This document shows, piece by piece, positions 59,808 to 64,000 of a DNA stretch of 64,000 bases. Position numbers and translations under genes: made by a program. The stretch covers positions 11,160,001 to 11,224,000 of the forward strand of contig OZ249451.1 in NCBI GenBank assembly GCA_965235115.1. Direction: 5' to 3'. Source of the stretch: Laetmonice hystrix. Taxonomy: Eukaryota. Every line of letters begins with the position of its first letter. The first letter of the stretch is position 1. Under the pieces are notes generated by a model. The model was not told where the DNA came from and ran no database searches. It saw only the letters and a program-made list of their open reading frames with translations.

Positions 59808-62300
59808 TTAAACAGTTGTCATCATAACGTCATCATCGTCATCGTCATCGTCATCACCCCAAGTAACAGTCTCGATCGTCCCATAGAGTCTATATATAGA
59901 CTCTATGATCGTCCAGACCCTCACTGGACACAAACCTGCCCAGACTCTCGCACAGCAAGAGAGTCGGGTGACCGAGACTGTGTCATCATCATCGTCATCA
60001 CCTCCAGTACCACAGGCGCCACCTGCTGGGCCAGGAGTGAACTGTCCTGGCGGGGGGCCGTCTCCCGAGTCGTCATCGCTTGCCTCTTGACGCCTGCTAC
60101 TCCGTGCGGACGGTAGGCCGAACTCTATAAGGGGTGGGTTATTATCACCGATGTTGTAATCGTTGTCGTTCTGGCCCGGGGTGCCCAATTTGTTAACAGG
60201 CAGACGGTAGAGTAGGTTTTCCCAGAAATCCTTAGACTCCCGCTCAAGGTAGGTGCCACGCTGGAGGTAGCCCCGCATGCCATCATCTAACTCCTCCTCC
60301 TCAAGGTTAGTGTCTTTAACCACCACCAGGCGGTGCGTGCTCTCCGCCAGATCTCGATTCAACGCCAGGTTGAACTCCGAACGGCAGTACTCGCTGACGT
60401 GATATGAATTTGACAAGAAAACCAAAGTTCGTTTACTTTTAGAGACGGCCTGTTCAATATTTGCGTCTATTGGGGTGCCAAGGATGAAGTGCAGTCTATG
60501 AAAGCATACCTTGAATCCATGAAACCGGAGTTTTGGAATTAGATCTTCCTCGACGTAAGGCTCATCTTCACTTGTATAGGAAACAAAAACGTCATATTTT
60601 TTGTCTTCTCCCTGACACTCGTCCCGATTGAGAGGATGCCACTTAAAAGTCTTATAAATCCAGATTTTCTTGAAGTACAAAAAGGTTACAGGTACCATAA
60701 AGAGAGCAGTGGCGGCTGCTAATGTCCCAACGGCTGAGATTGCAATGTTCCGTATTTGTTTGTTAGGTGGGTTACCGCAAATGAATTGGTCGTCTGCTAA
60801 TGTAAGCAGATTGGTTCCATTCAGTCGGCCTGGATACGTGCAGAGGATGGCCTTCCAATCGCTAATGACATCTTTGTGTTTGATGAACCAGCGCTTGGTG
60901 CCAAGGGAGTGACAGTCGCAGTTCCAAGGGTTGTCACGAAAACGCATTTCAGTGATGGATGGCAAACCGAGGGTCACATTAAAATCATCAACCAACAAAC
61001 GCTGGAGTTGATTCTTATTTAGATACAATAGTTGGAGGTTTGTTAAATCTTGTAACTCCTTCACCGACACGTTGTTTATGTGATTTTTACTAAGATCCAA
61101 TGTTTGCACAAATTCGAAGTACGATCGATGTTCTAAAGATGTCAGATTGTTATGCTGAAGGAACATATGGTATCGGTAATTGTGCTTTGGCCGTCGTGGG
61201 AGAGTGTCTGGTAAAGTCACTAGTCCAGCATATGGACAACTGGCGGTCATGTTCATCCAATCAGGAGTGTCGATACAGTCACATCCCGGTGGACAACCCT
61301 CCTTGACGTGACAAACAAAGTCTGACAGAGGCAGCAACAAAATTCTCTTTCTATGGAGACTCATCGGCGAGTTGCAATGGAGTTCATCAGAACGGAACGA
61401 AATATTGATATAGTGTATTATACGATAGTCTTTACAATCACAGTTTAACGAGTTGGATCTGAAGTCAGTGTTGGCGTTAAACGGAAACAAACAGGACAAG
61501 GGCAAATTCCATCCCTTCGTAAGGTCACTGAAATGTGTCATGTTGTTTCCCTTTAGTGATATTCGTCCTCTTGGTGGTTTCATGCCACACCTAAAGATAA
61601 AGCCAGGCCGATTAGTGAACTTCCCTATGTTGTTGAAGTTGATGTTCCAACTCATTGGGCGGCCCTGGAACATTAAAACCCACGGGTCCAGGCTACGTAA
61701 TTGGTTCTCGGAAAGGTCAATCGACGTCAAACTAGGTAGCTTTTGGACATTGCTGAACACGTCTTCTTCGATCTCTCTGATATGATTCTGGCCGAGGTTA
61801 AGAATAGCGAGTTTTTTAAAACCATAAAAGACGCCGTTCCGTAGAACCGAGAAGTTATTATCTGATGCAACGATCGTACTCAGCGAGTCCAAGTGCCACA
61901 AGCAGCCCCATGGCAGGTCAGTGAGGGCGTTTATATTTACGACCAGAACTGTCAGACTTGTCAGGTTGCACACCGTAGCGGGAAGGACTGACATGTGCGA
62001 GTTTGATATCTTCAGACACCATATGTTTTTGTGGCTGAGTATGTAGGCGTCAAGTTCCCGGGCGGGGTCCTTGGTACAGTTCTGGATGACCAGTTGACCA
62101 GTTGGGGACGCTGGTTCCTGACATGCGCAGTAGTCTGGGCACAGCACGTTGGCAGACACATCTGCTTCCGGCTGGTACGTCTCGATGATAGCAGCGTCAG
62201 CTACAGTCCAAGCCCAGCCACGCGGTATCTTGTGATTGTCAGCAGCCATCAGAATCGCAACCACAAGGGCTAAGTACTTCGACATGATGCGTGTGCTCAT
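59808..62300 (-). CDS. Toll-like receptor, multiple-cysteine-cluster (Toll/protostome-type) architecture, 830 aa
   Basis: Signal peptide; LRRNT (CPDYCAC); LRRs (LxxLxLxxNxI); internal LRRCT-LRRNT cluster (NCDC...CPPGCDC); more LRRs; LRRCT (NPWNCDC); TM helix (IAISAVGTLAAATALFMVPVTFLYF); TIR (YDVFVSY...SKRTLVFLS...CRSEF); acidic tail. Acceptor site at 62342 indicates a 5'-UTR intron. Confidence 0.95.
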   Translation of the reverse strand: MSTRIMSKYLALVVAILMAADNHKIPRGWAWTVADAAIIETYQPEADVSANVLCPDYCACQEPASPTGQLVIQNCTKDPARELDAYILSHKNIWCLKISNSHMSVLPATVCNLTSLTVLVVNINALTDLPWGCLWHLDSLSTIVASDNNFSVLRNGVFYGFKKLAILNLGQNHIREIEEDVFSNVQKLPSLTSIDLSENQLRSLDPWVLMFQGRPMSWNINFNNIGKFTNRPGFIFRCGMKPPRGRISLKGNNMTHFSDLTKGWNLPLSCLFPFNANTDFRSNSLNCDCKDYRIIHYINISFRSDELHCNSPMSLHRKRILLLPLSDFVCHVKEGCPPGCDCIDTPDWMNMTASCPYAGLVTLPDTLPRRPKHNYRYHMFLQHNNLTSLEHRSYFEFVQTLDLSKNHINNVSVKELQDLTNLQLLYLNKNQLQRLLVDDFNVTLGLPSITEMRFRDNPWNCDCHSLGTKRWFIKHKDVISDWKAILCTYPGRLNGTNLLTLADDQFICGNPPNKQIRNIAISAVGTLAAATALFMVPVTFLYFKKIWIYKTFKWHPLNRDECQGEDKKYDVFVSYTSEDEPYVEEDLIPKLRFHGFKVCFHRLHFILGTPIDANIEQAVSKSKRTLVFLSNSYHVSEYCRSEFNLALNRDLAESTHRLVVVKDTNLEEEELDDGMRGYLQRGTYLERESKDFWENLLYRLPVNKLGTPGQNDNDYNIGDNNPPLIEFGLPSARSSRRQEASDDDSGDGPPPGQFTPGPAGGACGTGGDDDDDDTVSVTRLSCCARVWAGLCPVRVWTIIESIYRLYGTIETVTWGDDDDDDDDDVMMTTV

Positions 62301-63372
62301 GTAGCGACTCGCCAGCTCGGATTAAACTCGGTCTTCATCTGCCTGCGAAGAGAACCTGTATGTCAGACTAAATTCATAGATCGGATTAAAGGATCAGGTT
62401 AGGAATAATAAGCCCTATACTCGGTATGACACCTACCATCTCAGAAACAGTGGCACTCGTATTACCTTGATGATGTCATTACGGTTGTCAGACTAATACC
62501 ACACAAACAATTTAATTCATATTGAAAAAAAACTCCCTAGCTTTAATATAGGCCTACGTATGTAGCCTACGTGTATTTTAAACAGACAGCAGCGAAATGC
62601 ACTGTAACCTTCACGTTCCAGATTTCTTGTCGGGAACACTAAAAAAGAACGCTGCTTTCCGCCATCGGGAATGTCTGCCCTGCAGACATAGCTTTGCAAC
62701 GGGTAAAATGATCACGTGATTGCAGCTATAGCCCGGCTAAAACTCTATCGCATAGGTGGGGTGCAGGTCTAAGAAAAGACGCGTCATTCCATTCCAAATT
62801 TGCTGGGTTTTTTTTAAATATGTTAAAAAAATATTCACGAAATCCAATCAGGCAAGTAGCCATGTGCGATGGAACATAATTACCAGACTAGGCCCTATTA
62901 GCCTACAAACAGTATTTTTGCCAATTTGTAAAATCTATATGAAATAATTCACATAAACCCTTGAAGTTTTTACAGACCTACTCCAGATATGATAACGTGG
63001 GTGTACACACCAACGTGAGTATAGGGCCTAGAGGGGGTCTACTTACCATAGGCCTAGGCGTAGGAAGCTCTTTTTGGTTGGGGGGGGGGGGGCTGAAGAT
63101 TGGGGGGATAATCCATGGCCACCGAAGCGGGCCCTGGACGGGGGTCTGGGGGCCCTCCCCCAGAATCTGTTTGTGCTAATCTGTGTACTTACCTACAGAT
63201 GATGAATACTAATGAGTAACAGTCGGTCTCACATTACAATTATTGTAGCCTACAAATAGATCAATTCAAACAACCAGAGTGAGCGATGTCCGTTTTGAGT
63301 AGCCTATAGATGTGATTCTGTGTAGATCTACAGGATAGGCCTATACCGTGTCAACAGAGAGCAGTAGGTAAG

Positions 63373-63559
63373 CAGGCGCGGATCCAGGGGGGGGGGGTCC
63401 AGGGGGTCCGGACCCCCCCCCCCTGCTCAGGACCAACTTAGGTTTTTGCTATGTTATCAGGGAAGGGCCCCAGACTTTTTGCCCCCTCCTCCAGGGGCTC
63501 GCATCTTTCGGACCCCCCCCCCCCCCCCCCCCGTGCAAAAATTCCTGGATCCGCGCCTG
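63373..63559. mobile_element. 187-bp G/C-tract MITE with 5-bp TSD
   Basis: GTAAG|caggcgcggatccagg ... cctggatccgcgcctg|GTAAG. Confidence 0.8.
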
Positions 63560-64000
63560 GTAAGTCGACTGTCCTAGCTGAACAACAGTAGGCTATGAAA
63601 CAGGATCAGTGGAAGTAGAAGCAGTGTATAGGAAGCCCGTTATGTCTCACTCGACGTCCTGCTGGCGGTAATGGTCCATCTGGATACACGCCTCAGTAGG
63701 TAAACAGGGCGTATACAGAGGATTGGGGGTCGAATCTAGTATAAAACATTGTTGCACTATACTTTCCCGATTATATCTATTTTCAGTGTTCCTTTTCTTT
63801 GCAAAAACGCACGCCCCATGCCGCGCATGCGCATGTGAAAGCACCTTTTTATCCCGTCAGGTAGAAAGATTGGATTGCAGAGCAGCAGTGGATGGTGAGG
63901 TTGTGTCCCATATACAGACGGAGGTGCGACGTCACTATATCCCAGGCTCACCTGTAGTCATCTCGCAGGTAACCTCGGTATAGGTATACCCACTTATCAC

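Overview
Intron-rich eukaryotic (bilaterian invertebrate, probably lophotrochozoan) genomic DNA. There are no prokaryotic features and no CRISPR arrays. I reconstructed five protein-coding genes by reading splice sites by hand. (1) 5' part of an extended synaptotagmin (ESYT, minus strand, runs off the left edge). (2) HEXIM, the 7SK/P-TEFb inhibitor (minus, single coding exon). (3) ALIX/PDCD6IP (minus, 17 core exons, ~853 aa). (4) STT3B (plus, 17 exons, 773 aa), head-to-head with ALIX across ~640 bp. (5) A multiple-cysteine-cluster Toll-like receptor (minus, single coding exon). Introns and intergenic DNA hold many non-autonomous DNA transposons (TTAA-, TTA-, TA-, 5-bp- and 8-bp-TSD types, one 1.9-kb foldback), a tRNA-derived SINE and minisatellites. 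Most unusual observations: (a) three independent tandem duplications in ALIX copy real splice sites, up to 8 extra acceptors, and every extra site leads to a premature stop; (b) the ALIX proline-rich tail is built from symmetric phase-1 cassettes including candidate 27-nt microexons, and STT3B has a candidate 6-nt microexon with a UGC signature; (c) the HEXIM locus carries a GAUC:GAUC hairpin resembling the HEXIM-binding site of 7SK, a structured leader, a uORF relay and a MEF2/CRE/AP-1 cluster, suggesting multilayer autoregulation. All coordinates were counted by eye. Functional claims are hypotheses that need RNA-seq or alignment.
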